From the human T2T-CHM13v2.0 reference genome, Homo sapiens: DNA of 64,000 bases. The stretch is taken from the NCBI RefSeq assembly GCF_009914755.1, contig NC_060941.1; one strand, given 5' to 3'. How positions within the stretch are numbered: position 1 is the first letter of the stretch; each line of letters begins with the position of its first letter. The translations under genes were made by a program, and so were the position numbers. This document shows, one piece after another, positions 10,694-24,900 of the stretch. Below the pieces are notes generated by a model. It did not search any database, was not told the origin of the DNA, and saw only the letters and a program-made list of their open reading frames with translations.

Positions 10694-13408
10694 CTTTGGG
10701 ATGATTGAGTTGAACTCACAGAGCTGAGCATTCCTTGCGATGTAGCAGTTTAGAAACACACTTTCTGCAGAATCTGCAAGTGCATATTTGGACCTCTGTG
10801 AGGAATTCGTTGGAAACGGGATAATTTCAGCTGACTAAACAGAAGCAGTCTCAGAATCTTCTTTGTGATGTTTGCATTCAAATCCCCGAGTTGAACTTTC
10901 CTTTCAAAGTTCACGTTTGAAACACTCTTTTTGCAGGATCTACAAGTGGATATTTGGACCACTCTGTGTCCTTCGTTCGAAACGGGTATATCTTCACATG
11001 ACATCTAGACAGAAGCATCCTCAGAAGCTTCTCTGTGATGACTGCATTCAACTCACGGAGTTGAACACTCCTTTTGAGAGCGCAGTTTTGAAACTCTCTT
11101 TCTGTGGCATCTGCAAGGGGACATGTAGACCTCTTTGAAGATTTCGTTGGAAACGGAATCATCTTCACATAAAAACTATACAGATGCATTCTCAGGAACT
11201 TTTTGGTGATGTTTGTATTCAACTCCCAGAGTTGAACTTTCCTTTGGAAAGAGCAGCTATGAAACACTCTTTTTCTAGAATCTGCAAGTGGACGTTTGGA
11301 GGGCTTTGTGGTTTGTGGTGGAAAAGGAAATATCTTCACCTAAATACTAGATAGAAGCATTCTCAGAAACTGCTTTGTGATGATTGCATTCACCTCACAG
11401 AGTTGAACATTCCTATTGATAGAGCAGTTTGGAAACACTCTTGTTGTGGAATGTGCAAGTGGAGATTTGGAGCGCTTTGAGGCCTATGGTAGTAAAGGGA
11501 ATAGCTTCATAGAAAAACTAGACAGAAGCATTCTCAGAATATACTTTGTGATGATTGAGTTTAACTCACAGAGCTGAACATTCCTTTGGATGGAGCAGGT
11601 TTGAGACACACTTTTTGTAGAATCTACAAGTGGATATTTGGACCTCTCTGAGGATTTCGTTGGAAACGGGATAACTGCACCTAACTAAACGGAAGCATTC
11701 TCAGAAACTTCTTGGTGATGTTTGCATTCAAATCCCAGAGTTGAACCTTCCTTTGATAGTTCAGGTTTGAAACACTCTTTTTGTAGGATCTGCAAGTGGA
11801 TATTTGGACCACTCTGTGGCCTTCGTTCGAAACGGGTATATCTTCGCATAAAATCTAGACAGAAGCCTTCTCAGAAACTTCTCTGTGATGATTGCATTCA
11901 ACTCACAGAGTTGAACCCTCCTATGGATAGAGCAGTGTTGAAACTCTCTTTTTGTGGAATCTGCAAGTGGATATGTGGACCTCTCCGAAGATGTCTTTGG
12001 AAACGGGAATATCTTCACATAAAAACTAAACAGAAGCATTCTCAGAAACTTCTCTGTGATGTTTGTGTTCAACTCCCAGAGTTTCACATTGCTTTTCATA
12101 GAGTAGTTCTGAAACATGCTTTTCGTAGTGTCTACAAGTGGACATTTGGAGCGCTTTCAGGCCTGTGGTGGAAAACGAATTATGGTCACATAAAAACTGG
12201 AGAGAAGCATTGTCAGAAACTTCTTTGTGATGATTGCATTCAACTCACAGAGTTGAAGGTTCCTTTTCAAAGAGCAGTTTCCAATCACTCTTTCTGTGGA
12301 ATCTGCAAGTGGATATTTGGACCTATTTTGAAGATTTCGTTGGAAACGGGAGAATCTTCACAGGAAAGCTAAACAGAAGCATTCTCAGAAACTTCTTTGT
12401 GATGCTTGCATTCAACTCACAGAGTTGAACTTTCCTTTCGAGAGAGAAGCTTTGAAACACTCTTTTTCCAGAATCTGCAAGTGGACATTTGGAGGGCTTT
12501 GAGGCCTGTGGTGGAAAAGGAATTATCTTCCCGTAAAAGCTAGATAGAAGCATTCTCAGAAACTACTTTGTGATGATTGCATTCAAGTCACAGAGTTGAA
12601 CATTCCCTTTGACAGAGCAGTTTGGAAACTCTCTTTGTGTAGAATCTGCAAGTGGAGATATGGACCGCTTTGAGGCCTATGGTAGTAAAGGAAATAGCTT
12701 CATATAAAAGCTAGACAGTAGCATTCACAGAAAACTCTTGGTGACGACTGAGTTTAACTCACAGAGCTGAACATTCCTTTGGATGGAGCAGTTTCGAAAC
12801 ACACTATTTGTAGAATGTGCAAGTGGATATTTAGGCCTCTCTGAGGATTTCGTTGGAAACGGGATAAACCGCACAGAACTAAACAGAAGCATTCTCAGAA
12901 CCTTCTTCGTGATGTTTGCATTCAACTCACAGTGTTGAACCTTTCTTTGATAGTTCAGGTTTGAAACGGTCTTTCTGTAGAAACTGCAAGTAGATATTTG
13001 GACCTCTCTGAGGATTTCGTTGGAAACGGGATAACCCGCACAGAACTAAAACAGAAGCATTCTCAGAACCCTCTTCGTGATGTTTGCATTCAACTCACAG
13101 TGCTGAACCTTTCTTTGATAGTTCAGCTTTGAAACACTCTTTTTGTAGAAACTGCAAGTGGATATTTGGTCCTCTCTGAGCATTTCGTTGGAAACGGGAT
13201 AAACTGCACAGAACTAAACAGAAGCATTCTCAGAACCTTCTTCGTGATGTCTGCATTCAACTCACAGTGTGGAACCTTTCTTTGATAGTTCAGGTTTGAA
13301 ACACTCTTTTTGTAGAAACTGCAAGGGGATCATTGCACTCTTTGAGGAGTACCGTAGTAAAGGAAATAACTTCCTATAAAAAGAAGACAGAAGCTTTCTC
13401 AGAAAATT
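10694..13408 (+). repeat. Canonical 16-mer HOR (unit 5)
   Basis: 2715 bp between unit landmarks at 10694 and 13409; all three boxes of the triple run present. Confidence 0.96.
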
Positions 13409-15956
13409 CTTTGGGATGATTGAGTTGAACTCACAGAGCTGAGCATTCCTTGCGATGTAGCAGTTTAGAAACACACTTTCTGCAGAATCTGCAAGTGCAT
13501 ATTTGGACCTCTGTGAGGAATTCGTTGGAAACGGGATAATTTCAGCTGACTAAACAGAAGCAGTCTCAGAATCTTCTTTGTGATGTTTGCATTCAAATCC
13601 CCGAGTTCAACTTTCCTTTCAAAGTTCACGTTTGAAACACTCTTTTTGCAGGATCTACAAGTGGATATTTGGACCACTCTGTGTCCTTCGTTCGAAACGG
13701 GTATATCTTCACATGACATCTAGACAGAAGCATCCTCAGAAGCTTCTCTGTGATGACTGCATTCAACTCACGGAGTTGAACACTCCTTTTGAGAGCGCAG
13801 TTTTGAAACTCTCTTTCTGTGGCATCTGCAAGGGGACATGTAGACCTCTTTGAAGATTTCGTTGGAAACGGAATCATCTTCACATAAAAACTATACAGAT
13901 GCATTCTCAGGAACTTTTTGGTGATGTTTGTATTCAACTCCCAGAGTTGAACTTTCCTTTGGAAAGAGCAGCTATGAAACACTGTTTCTCTAGAATCTGC
14001 AAGTGGACGTTTGGAGGGCTTTGTGGTTTGTGGTGGAAAAGGAAATATCTTCACCTAAATACTAGATAGAAGCATTCTCAGAAACTGCTTTGTGATGATT
14101 GCATTCACCTCACAGAGTTGAACATTCCTATTGATAGAGCAGTTTGGAAACACTCTTGTTGTGGAATGTGCAAGTGGAGATTTGGAGCGCTTTGAGGCCT
14201 ATGGTAGTAAAGGGAATAGCTTCATAGAAAAACTAGACAGAAGCATTCTCAGAATATACTTTGTGATGATTGAGTTTAACTCACAGAGCTGAACATTCCT
14301 TTGGATGGAGCAGGTTTGAGACACACTTTTTGTAGAATCTACAAGTGGATATTTGGACCTCTCTGAGGATTTCGTTGGAAACGGGATAACTGCACCTAAC
14401 TAAACGGAAGCATTCTCAGAAACTTCTTGGTGATGTTTGCATTCAAATCCCAGAGTTGAACCTTCCTTTGATAGTTCAGGTTTGAAACACTCTTTTTGTA
14501 GGATCTGCAAGTGGATATTTGGACCACTCTGTGGCCTTCGTTCGAAACGGGTATATCTTCGCATAAAATCTAGACAGAAGCCTTCTCAGAAACTTCTCTG
14601 TGATGATTGCATTCAACTCACAGAGTTGAACCCTCCTATGGATAGAGCAGTGTTGAAACTCTCTTTTTGTGGAATCTGCAAGTGGATATGTGGACCTCTC
14701 CGAAGATGTCTTTGGAAACGGGAATATCTTCACATAAAAACTAAACAGAAGCATTCTCAGAAACTTCTCTGTGATGTTTGTGTTCAACTCCCAGAGTTTC
14801 ACATTGCTTTTCATAGAGTAGTTCTGAAACATGCTTTTCGTAGTGTCTACAAGTGGACATTTGGAGCGCTTTCAGGCCTGTGGTGGAAAACGAATTATGG
14901 TCACATAAAAACTGGAGAGAAGCATTGTCAGAAACTTCTTTGTGATGATTGCATTCAACTCACAGAGTTGAAGGTTCCTTTTCAAAGAGCAGTTTCCAAT
15001 CACTCTTTGTGTGGAATCTGCAAGTGGATATTTGGACCTATTTTGAAGATTTCGTTGGAAACGGGAGAATCTTCACAGGAAAGCTAAACAGAAGCATTCT
15101 CAGAAACTTCTTTGTGATGCTTGCATTCAACTCACAGAGTTGAACTTTCCTTTCGAGAGAGAAGCTTTGAAACACTCTTTTTCCAGAATCTGCAAGTGGA
15201 CATTTGGAGGGCTTTGAGGCCTGTGGTGGAAAAGGAATTATCTTCCCGTAAAAGCTAGATAGAAGCATTCTCAGAAACTACTTTGTGATGATTGCATTCA
15301 AGTCACAGAGTTGAACATTCCCTTTGACAGAGCAGTTTGGAAACTCTCTTTGTGTAGAATCTGCAAGTGGAGATATGGACCGCTTTGAGGCCTATGGTAG
15401 TAAAGGAAATAGCTTCATATAAAAGCTAGACAGTAGCATTCACAGAAAACTCTTGGTGACGACTGAGTTTAACTCACAGAGCTGAACATTCCTTTGGATG
15501 GAGCAGTTTCGAAACACACTATTTGTAGAATGTGCAAGTGGATATTTAGGCCTCTCTGAGGATTTCGTTGGAAACGGGATAAACCGCACAGAACTAAACA
15601 GAAGCATTCTCAGAACCTTCTTCGTGATGTTTGCATTCAACTCACAGTGTTGAACCTTTCTTTGATAGTTCAGGTTTGAAACGGTCTTTCTGTAGAAACT
15701 GCAAGTAGATATTTGGACCTCTCTGAGGATTTCGTTGGAAACGGGATAACCCGCACAGAACTAAAACAGAAGCATTCTCAGAACCCTCTTCGTGATGTTT
15801 GCATTCAACTCACAGTGCTGAACCTTTCTTTGATAGTTCAGGTTTGAAACACTCTTTCTGTAGAAACTGCAAGGGGATAATTGCACTCTTTGAGGAGTAC
15901 CGTAGTAAAGGAAATAACTTCCTATAAAAAGAAGACAGAAGCTTTCTCAGAAAATT
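13409..15956 (+). repeat. 15-mer variant HOR (unit 6, 2548 bp; same 167 bp deletion as unit 4)
   Basis: Next unit start is 15957; identical hybrid junction at 15814-15846. Confidence 0.96.
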
Positions 15957-18900
15957 CTTTGGGATGATTGAGTTGAACTCACAGAGCTGAGCATTCCTTG
16001 CGATGTAGCAGTTTAGAAACACACTTTCTGCAGAATCTGCAAGTGCATATTTGGACCTCTGTGAGGAATTCGTTGGAAACGGGATAATTTCAGCTGACTA
16101 AACAGAAGCAGTCTCAGAATCTTCTTTGTGATGTTTGCATTCAAATCCCCGAGTTGAACTTTCCTTTCAAAGTTCACGTTTGAAACACTCTTTTTGCAGG
16201 ATCTACAAGTGGATATTTGGACCACTCTGTGTCCTTCGTTCGAAACGGGTATATCTTCACATGACATCTAGACAGAAGCATCCTCAGAAGCTTCTCTGTG
16301 ATGACTGCATTCAACTCACGGAGTTGAACACTCCTTTTGAGAGCGCAGTTTTGAAACTCTCTTTCTGTGGCATCTGCAAGGGGACATGTAGACCTCTTTG
16401 AAGATTTCGTTGGAAACGGAATCATCTTCACATAAAAACTATACAGATGCATTCTCAGGAACTTTTTGGTGATGTTTGTATTCAACTCCCAGAGTTGAAC
16501 TTTCCTTTGGAAAGAGCAGCTATGAAACACTCTTTTTCTAGAATCTGCAAGTGGACGTTTGGAGGGCTTTGTGGTTTGTGGTGGAAAAGGAAATATCTTC
16601 ACCTAAATACTAGATAGAAGCATTCTCAGAAACTGCTTTGTGATGATTGCATTCACCTCACAGAGTTGAACATTCCTATTGATAGAGCAGTTTGGAAACA
16701 CTCTTGTTGTGGAATGTGCAAGTGGAGATTTGGAGCGCTTTGAGGCCTATGGTAGTAAAGGGAATAGCTTCATAGAAAAACTAGACAGAAGCATTCTCAG
16801 AATATACTTTGTGATGATTGAGTTTAACTCACAGAGCTGAACATTCCTTTGGATGGAGCAGGTTTGAGACACACTTTTTGTAGAATCTACAAGTGGATAT
16901 TTGGACCTCTCTGAGGATTTCGTTGGAAACGGGATAACTGCACCTAACTAAACGGAAGCATTCTCAGAAACTTCTTGGTGATGTTTGCATTCAAATCCCA
17001 GAGTTGAACCTTCCTTTGATAGTTCAGGTTTGAAACACTCTTTTTGTAGGATCTGCAAGTGGATATTTGGACCACTCTGTGGCCTTCGTTCGAAACGGGT
17101 ATATCTTCGCATAAAATCTAGACAGAAGCCTTCTCAGAAACTTCTCTGTGATGATTGCATTCAACTCACAGAGTTGAACCCTCCTATGGATAGAGCAGTG
17201 TTGAAACTCTCTTTTTGTGGAATCTGCAAGTGGATATGTGGACCTCTCCGAAGATGTCTTTGGAAACGGGAATATCTTCACATAAAAACTAAACAGAAGC
17301 ATTCTCAGAAACTTCTCTGTGATGTTTGTGTTCAACTCCCAGAGTTTCACATTGCTTTTCATAGAGTAGTTCTGAAACATGCTTTTCGTAGTGTCTACAA
17401 GTGGACATTTGGAGCGCTTTCAGGCCTGTGGTGGAAAACGAATTATGGTCACATAAAAACTGGAGAGAAGCATTGTCAGAAACTTCTTTGTGATGATTGC
17501 ATTCAACTCACAGAGTTGAAGGTTCCTTTTCAAAGAGCAGTTTCCAATCACTCTTTCTGTGGAATCTGCAAGTGGATATTTGGACCTATTTTGAAGATTT
17601 CGTTGGAAACGGGAGAATCTTCACAGGAAAGCTAAACAGAAGCATTCTCAGAAACTTCTTTGTGATGCTTGCATTCAACTCACAGAGTTGAACTTTCCTT
17701 TCGAGAGAGAAGCTTTGAAACACTCTTTTTCCAGAATCTGCAAGTGGACATTTGGAGGGCTTTGAGGCCTGTGGTGGAAAAGGAATTATCTTCCCGTAAA
17801 AGCTAGATAGAAGCATTCTCAGAAACTACTTTGTGATGATTGCATTCAAGTCACAGAGTTGAACATTCCCTTTGACAGAGCAGTTTGGAAACTCTCTTTG
17901 TGTAGAATCTGCAAGTGGAGATATGGACCGCTTTGAGGCCTATGGTAGTAAAGGAAATAGCTTCATATAAAAGCTAGACAGTAGCATTCACAGAAAACTC
18001 TTGGTGACGACTGAGTTTAACTCACAGAGCTGAACATTCCTTTGGATGGAGCAGTTTCGAAACACACTATTTGTAGAATGTGCAAGTGGATATTTGGGCC
18101 TCTCTGAGGATTTCGTTGGAAACGGGATAAACCGCACAGAACTAAACAGAAGCATTCTCAGAACCTTCTTCGTGATGTTTGCATTCAACTCACAGTGTTG
18201 AACCTTTCTTTGATAGTTCAGGTTTGAAACGGTCTTTCTGTAGAAACTGCAAGTAGATATTTGGACCTCTCTGAGGATTTCGTTGGAAACGGGATAACCC
18301 GCACAGAACTAAAACAGAAGCATTCTCAGAACCCTCTTCGTGATGTTTGCATTCAACTCACAGTGCTGAACCTTTCTTTGATAGTTCAGCTTTGAAACAC
18401 TCTTTTTGTAGAAACTGCAAGTGGATATTTGGTCCTCTCTGAGCATTTCGTTGGAAACGGGATAAACTGCACAGAACTAAACAGAAGCATTCTCAGAACC
18501 TTCTTCGTGATGTCTGCATTCAACTCACAGTGTGGAACCTTTCTTTGATAGTTCAGGTTTGAAACACTCTTTCTGTAGAAACTGCAAGGGGATAATTGCA
18601 CTCTTTGAGGAGTACCGTAGTAAAGGAAATAACTTCCTATAAAAAGAAGACAGAAGCTTTCTCAGAAAATTCTTTGGGATGATTGAGTTGAACTCACAGA
18701 GCTGAGCATTCCTTGCGATGTAGCAGTTTAGAAACACACTTTCTGCAGAATCTGCAAGTGCATATTTGGACCTCTGTGAGGAATTCGTTGGAAACGGGAT
18801 AATTTCAGCTGACTAAACAGAAGCAGTCTCAGAATCTTCTTTGTGATGTTTGCATTCAAATCCCCGAGTTGAACTTTCCTTTCAAAGTTCACGTTTGAAA

Positions 18901-21900
18901 CACTCTTTTTGCAGGATCTACAAGTGGATATTTGGACCACTCTGTGTCCTTCGTTCGAAACGGGTATATCTTCACATGACATCTAGACAGAAGCATCCTC
19001 AGAAGCTTCTCTGTGATGACTGCATTCAACTCACGGAGTTGAACACTCCTTTTGAGAGCGCAGTTTTGAAACTCTCTTTCTGTGGCATCTGCAAGGGGAC
19101 ATGTAGACCTCTTTGAAGATTTCGTTGGAAACGGAATCATCTTCACATAAAAACTATACAGATGCATTCTCAGGAACTTTTTGGTGATGTTTGTATTCAA
19201 CTCCCAGAGTTGAACTTTCCTTTGGAAAGAGCAGCTATGAAACACTCTTTTTCTAGAATCTGCAAGTGGACGTTTGGAGGGCTTTGTGGTTTGTGGTGGA
19301 AAAGGAAATATCTTCACCTAAATACTAGATAGAAGCATTCTCAGAAACTGCTTTGTGATGATTGCATTCACCTCACAGAGTTGAACATTCCTATTGATAG
19401 AGCAGTTTGGAAACACTCTTGTTGTGGAATGTGCAAGTGGAGATTTGGAGCGCTTTGAGGCCTATGGTAGTAAAGGGAATAGCTTCATAGAAAAACTAGA
19501 CAGAAGCATTCTCAGAATATACTTTGTGATGATTGAGTTTAACTCACAGAGCTGAACATTCCTTTGGATGGAGCAGGTTTGAGACACACTTTTTGTAGAA
19601 TCTACAAGTGGATATTTGGACCTCTCTGAGGATTTCGTTGGAAACGGGATAACTGCACCTAACTAAACGGAAGCATTCTCAGAAACTTCTTGGTGATGTT
19701 TGCATTCAAATCCCAGAGTTGAACCTTCCTTTGATAGTTCAGGTTTGAAACACTCTTTTTGTAGGATCTGCAAGTGGATATTTGGACCACTCTGTGGCCT
19801 TCGTTCGAAACGGGTATATCTTCGCATAAAATCTAGACAGAAGCCTTCTCAGAAACTTCTCTGTGATGATTGCATTCAACTCACAGAGTTGAACCCTCCT
19901 ATGGATAGAGCAGTGTTGAAACTCTCTTTTTGTGGAATCTGCAAGTGGATATGTGGACCTCTCCGAAGATGTCTTTGGAAACGGGAATATCTTCACATAA
20001 AAACTAAACAGAAGCATTCTCAGAAACTTCTCTGTGATGTTTGTGTTCAACTCCCAGAGTTTCACATTGCTTTTCATAGAGTAGTTCTGAAACATGCTTT
20101 TCGTAGTGTCTACAAGTGGACATTTTGAGCGCTTTCAGGCCTGTGGTGGAAAACGAATTATGGTCACATAAAAACTGGAGAGAAGCATTGTCAGAAACTT
20201 CTTTGTGATGATTGCATTCAACTCACAGAGTTGAAGGTTCCTTTTCAAAGAGCAGTTTCCAATCACTCTTTCTGTGGAATCTGCAAGTGGATATTTGGAC
20301 CTATTTTGAAGATTTCGTTGGAAACGGGAGAATCTTCACAGGAAAGCTAAACAGAAGCATTCTCAGAAACTTCTTTGTGATGCTTGCATTCAACTCACAG
20401 AGTTGAACTTTCCTTTCGAGAGAGAAGCTTTGAAACACTCTTTTTCCAGAATCTGCAAGTGGACATTTGGAGGGCTTTGAGGCCTGTGGTGGAAAAGGAA
20501 TTATCTTCCCGTAAAAGCTAGATAGAAGCATTCTCAGAAACTACTTTGTGATGATTGCATTCAAGTCACAGAGTTGAACATTCCCTTTGACAGAGCAGTT
20601 TGGAAACTCTCTTTGTGTAGAATCTGCAAGTGGAGATATGGACCGCTTTGAGGCCTATGGTAGTAAAGGAAATAGCTTCATATAAAAGCTAGACAGTAGC
20701 ATTCACAGAAAACTCTTGGTGACGACTGAGTTTAACTCACAGAGCTGAACATTCCTTTGGATGGAGCAGTTTCGAAACACACTATTTGTAGAATGTGCAA
20801 GTGGATATTTAGGCCTCTCTGAGGATTTCGTTGGAAACGGGATAAACCGCACAGAACTAAACAGAAGCATTCTCAGAACCTTCTTCGTGATGTTTGCATT
20901 CAACTCACAGTGTTGAACCTTTCTTTGATAGTTCAGGTTTGAAACGGTCTTTCTGTAGAAACTGCAAGTAGATATTTGGACCTCTCTGAGGATTTCGTTG
21001 GAAACGGGATAACCCGCACAGAACTAAAACAGAAGCATTCTCAGAACCCTCTTCGTGATGTTTGCATTCAACTCACAGTGCTGAACCTTTCTTTGATAGT
21101 TCAGCTTTGAAACACTCTTTTTGTAGAAACTGCAAGTGGATATTTGGTCCTCTCTGAGCATTTCATTGGAAACGGGATAAACTGCACAGAACTAAACAGA
21201 AGCATTCTCAGAACCTTCTTCGTGATGTCTGCATTCAACTCACAGTGTGGAACCTTTCTTTGATAGTTCAGGTTTGAAACACTCTTTCTGTAGAAACTGC
21301 AAGGGGATAATTGCACTCTTTGAGGAGTACCGTAGTAAAGGAAATAACTTCCTATAAAAAGAAGACAGAAGCTTTCTCAGAAAATTCTTTGGGATGATTG
21401 AGTTGAACTCACAGAGCTGAGCATTCCTTGCGATGTAGCAGTTTAGAAACACACTTTCTGCAGAATCTGCAAGTGCATATTTGGACCTCTGTGAGGAATT
21501 CGTTGGAAACGGGATAATTTCAGCTGACTAAACAGAAGCAGTCTCAGAATCTTCTTTGTGATGTTTGCATTCAAATCCCCGAGTTGAACTTTCCTTTCAA
21601 AGTTCACGTTTGAAACACTCTTTTTGCAGGATCTACAAGTGGATATTTGGACCACTCTGTGTCCTTCGTTCGAAACGGGTATATCTTCACATGACATCTA
21701 GACAGAAGCATCCTCAGAAGCTTCTCTGTGATGACTGCATTCAACTCACGGAGTTGAACACTCCTTTTGAGAGCGCAGTTTTGAAACTCTCTTTCTGTGG
21801 CATCTGCAAGGGGACATGTAGACCTCTTTGAAGATTTCGTTGGAAACGGAATCATCTTCACATAAAAACTACACAGATGCATTCTCAGGAACTTTTTGGT

Positions 21901-24900
21901 GATGTTTGTATTCAACTCCCAGAGTTGAACTTTCCTTTGGAAAGAGCAGCTATGAAACACTGTTTTTCTAGAATCTGCAAGTGGACGTTTGGAGGGCTTT
22001 GTGGTTTGTGGTGGAAAAGGAAATATCTTCACCTAAATACTAGATAGAAGCATTCTCAGAAACTGCTTTGTGATGATTGCATTCACCTCACAGAGTTGAA
22101 CATTCCTATTGATAGAGCAGTTTGGAAACACTCTTGTTGTGGAATGTGCAAGTGGAGATTTGGAGCGCTTTGAGGCCTATGGTAGTAAAGGGAATAGCTT
22201 CATAGAAAAACTAGACAGAAGCATTCTCAGAAAATACTTTGTGATGATTGAGTTTAACTCACAGAGCTGAACATTCCTTTGGATGGAGCAGGTTTGAGAC
22301 ACACTTTTTGTAGAATCTACAAGTGGATATTTGGACCTCTCTGAGGATTTCGTTGGAAACGGGATAACTGCACCTAACTAAACGGAAGCATTCTCAGAAA
22401 CTTCTTGGTGATGTTTGCATTCAAATCCCAGAGTTGAACCTTCCTTTGATAGTTCAGGTTTGAAACACTCTTTTTGTAGGATCTGCAAGTGGATATTTGG
22501 ACCACTCTGTGGCCTTCGTTCGAAACGGGTATATCTTCGCATAAAATCTAGACAGAAGCCTTCTCAGAAACTTCTCTGTGATGATTGCATTCAACTCACA
22601 GAGTTGAACCCTCCTATGGATAGAGCAGTGTTGAAACTCTCTTTTTGTGGAATCTGCAAGTGGATATGTGGACCTCTCCGAAGATGTCTTTGGAAACGGG
22701 AATATCTTCACATAAAAACTAAACAGAAGCATTCTCAGAAACTTCTCTGTGATGTTTGTGTTCAACTCCCAGAGTTTCACATTGCTTTTCATAGAGTAGT
22801 TCTGAAACATGCTTTTCGTAGTGTCTACAAGTGGACATTTGGAGCGCTTTCAGGCCTGTGGTGGAAAACGAATTATGGTCACATAAAAACTGGAGAGAAG
22901 CATTGTCAGAAACTTCTTTGTGATGATTGCATTCAACTCACAGAGTTGAAGGTTCCTTTTCAAAGAGCAGTTTCCAATCACTCTTTCTGTGGAATCTGCA
23001 AGTGGATATTTGGACCTATTTTGAAGATTTCGTTGGAAACGGGAGAATCTTCACAGGAAAGCTAAACAGAAGCATTCTCAGAAACTTCTTTGTGATGCTT
23101 GCATTCAACTCACAGAGTTGAACTTTCCTTTCGAGAGAGAAGCTTTGAAACACTCTTTTTCCAGAATCTGCAAGTGGACATTTGGAGGGCTTTGAGGCCT
23201 GTGGTGGAAAAGGAATTATCTTCCCGTAAAAGCTAGATAGAAGCATTCTCAGAAACTACTTTGTGATGATTGCATTCAAGTCACAGAGTTGAACATTCCT
23301 TTTGACAGAGCAGTTTGGAAACTCTCTTTGTGTAGAATCTGCAAGTGGAGATATGGACCGCTTTGAGGCCTATGGTAGTAAAGGAAATAGCTTCATATAA
23401 AAGCTAGACAGTAGCATTCACAGAAAACTCTTGGTGACGACTGAGTTTAACTCACAGAGCTGAACATTCCTTTGGATGGAGCAGTTTCGAAACACACTAT
23501 TTGTAGAATGTGCAAGTGGATATTTAGGCCTCTCTGAGGATTTCGTTGGAAACGGGATAAACCGCACAGAACTAAACAGAAGCATTCTCAGAACCTTCTT
23601 CGTGATGTTTGCATTCAACTCACAGTGTTGAACCTTTCTTTGATAGTTCTGGTTTGAAACGGTCTTTCTGTAGAAACTGCAAGTAGATATTTGGACCTCT
23701 CTGAGGATTTCGTTGGAAACGGGATAACCCGCACAGAACTAAAACAGAAGCATTCTCAGAACCCTCTTCGTGATGTTTGCATTCAACTCACAGTGCTGAA
23801 CCTTTCTTTGATAGTTCAGCTTTGAAACACTCTTTTTGTAGAAACTGCAAGTGGATATTTGGTCCTCTCTGAGCATTTCGTTGGAAACGGGATAAACTGC
23901 ACAGAACTAAACAGAAGCATTCTCAGAACCTTCTTCGTGATGTCTGCATTCAACTCACAGTGTGGAACCTTTCTTTGATAGTTCAGGTTTGAAACACTCT
24001 TTCTGTAGAAACTGCAAGGGGATAATTGCACTCTTTGAGGAGTACCGTAGTAAAGGAAATAACTTCCTATAAAAAGAAGACAGAAGCTTTCTCAGAAAAT
24101 TCTTTGGGATGATTGAGTTGAACTCACAGAGCTGAGCATTCCTTGCGATGTAGCAGTTTAGAAACACACTTTCTGCAGAATCTGCAAGTGCATATTTGGA
24201 CCTCTGTGAGGAATTCGTTGGAAACGGGATAATTTCAGCTGACTAAACAGAAGCAGTCTCAGAATCTTCTTTGTGATGTTTGCATTCAAATCCCCGAGTT
24301 GAACTTTCCTTTCAAAGTTCACGTTTGAAACACTCTTTTTGCAGGATCTACAAGTGGATATTTGGACCACTCTGTGTCCTTCGTTCGAAACGGGTATATC
24401 TTCACATGACATCTAGACAGAAGCATCCTCAGAAGCTTCTCTGTGATGACTGCATTCAACTCACGGAGTTGAACACTCCTTTTGAGAGCGCAGTTTTGAA
24501 ACTCTCTTTCTGTGGCATCTGCAAGGGGACATGTAGACCTCTTTGAAGATTTCGTTGGAAACGGAATCATCTTCACATAAAAACTACACAGATGCATTCT
24601 CAGGAACTTTTTGGTGATGTTTGTATTCAACTCCCAGAGTTGAACTTTCCTTTGGAAAGAGCAGCTATGAAACACTGTTTTTCTAGAATCTGCAAGTGGA
24701 CGTTTGGAGGGCTTTGTGGTTTGTGGTGGAAAAGGAAATATCTTCACCTAAATACTAGATAGAAGCATTCTCAGAAACTGCTTTGTGATGATTGCATTCA
24801 CCTCACAGAGTTGAACATTCCTATTGATAGAGCAGTTTGGAAACACTCTTGTTGTGGAATGTGCAAGTGGAGATTTGGAGCGCTTTGAGGCCTATGGTAG

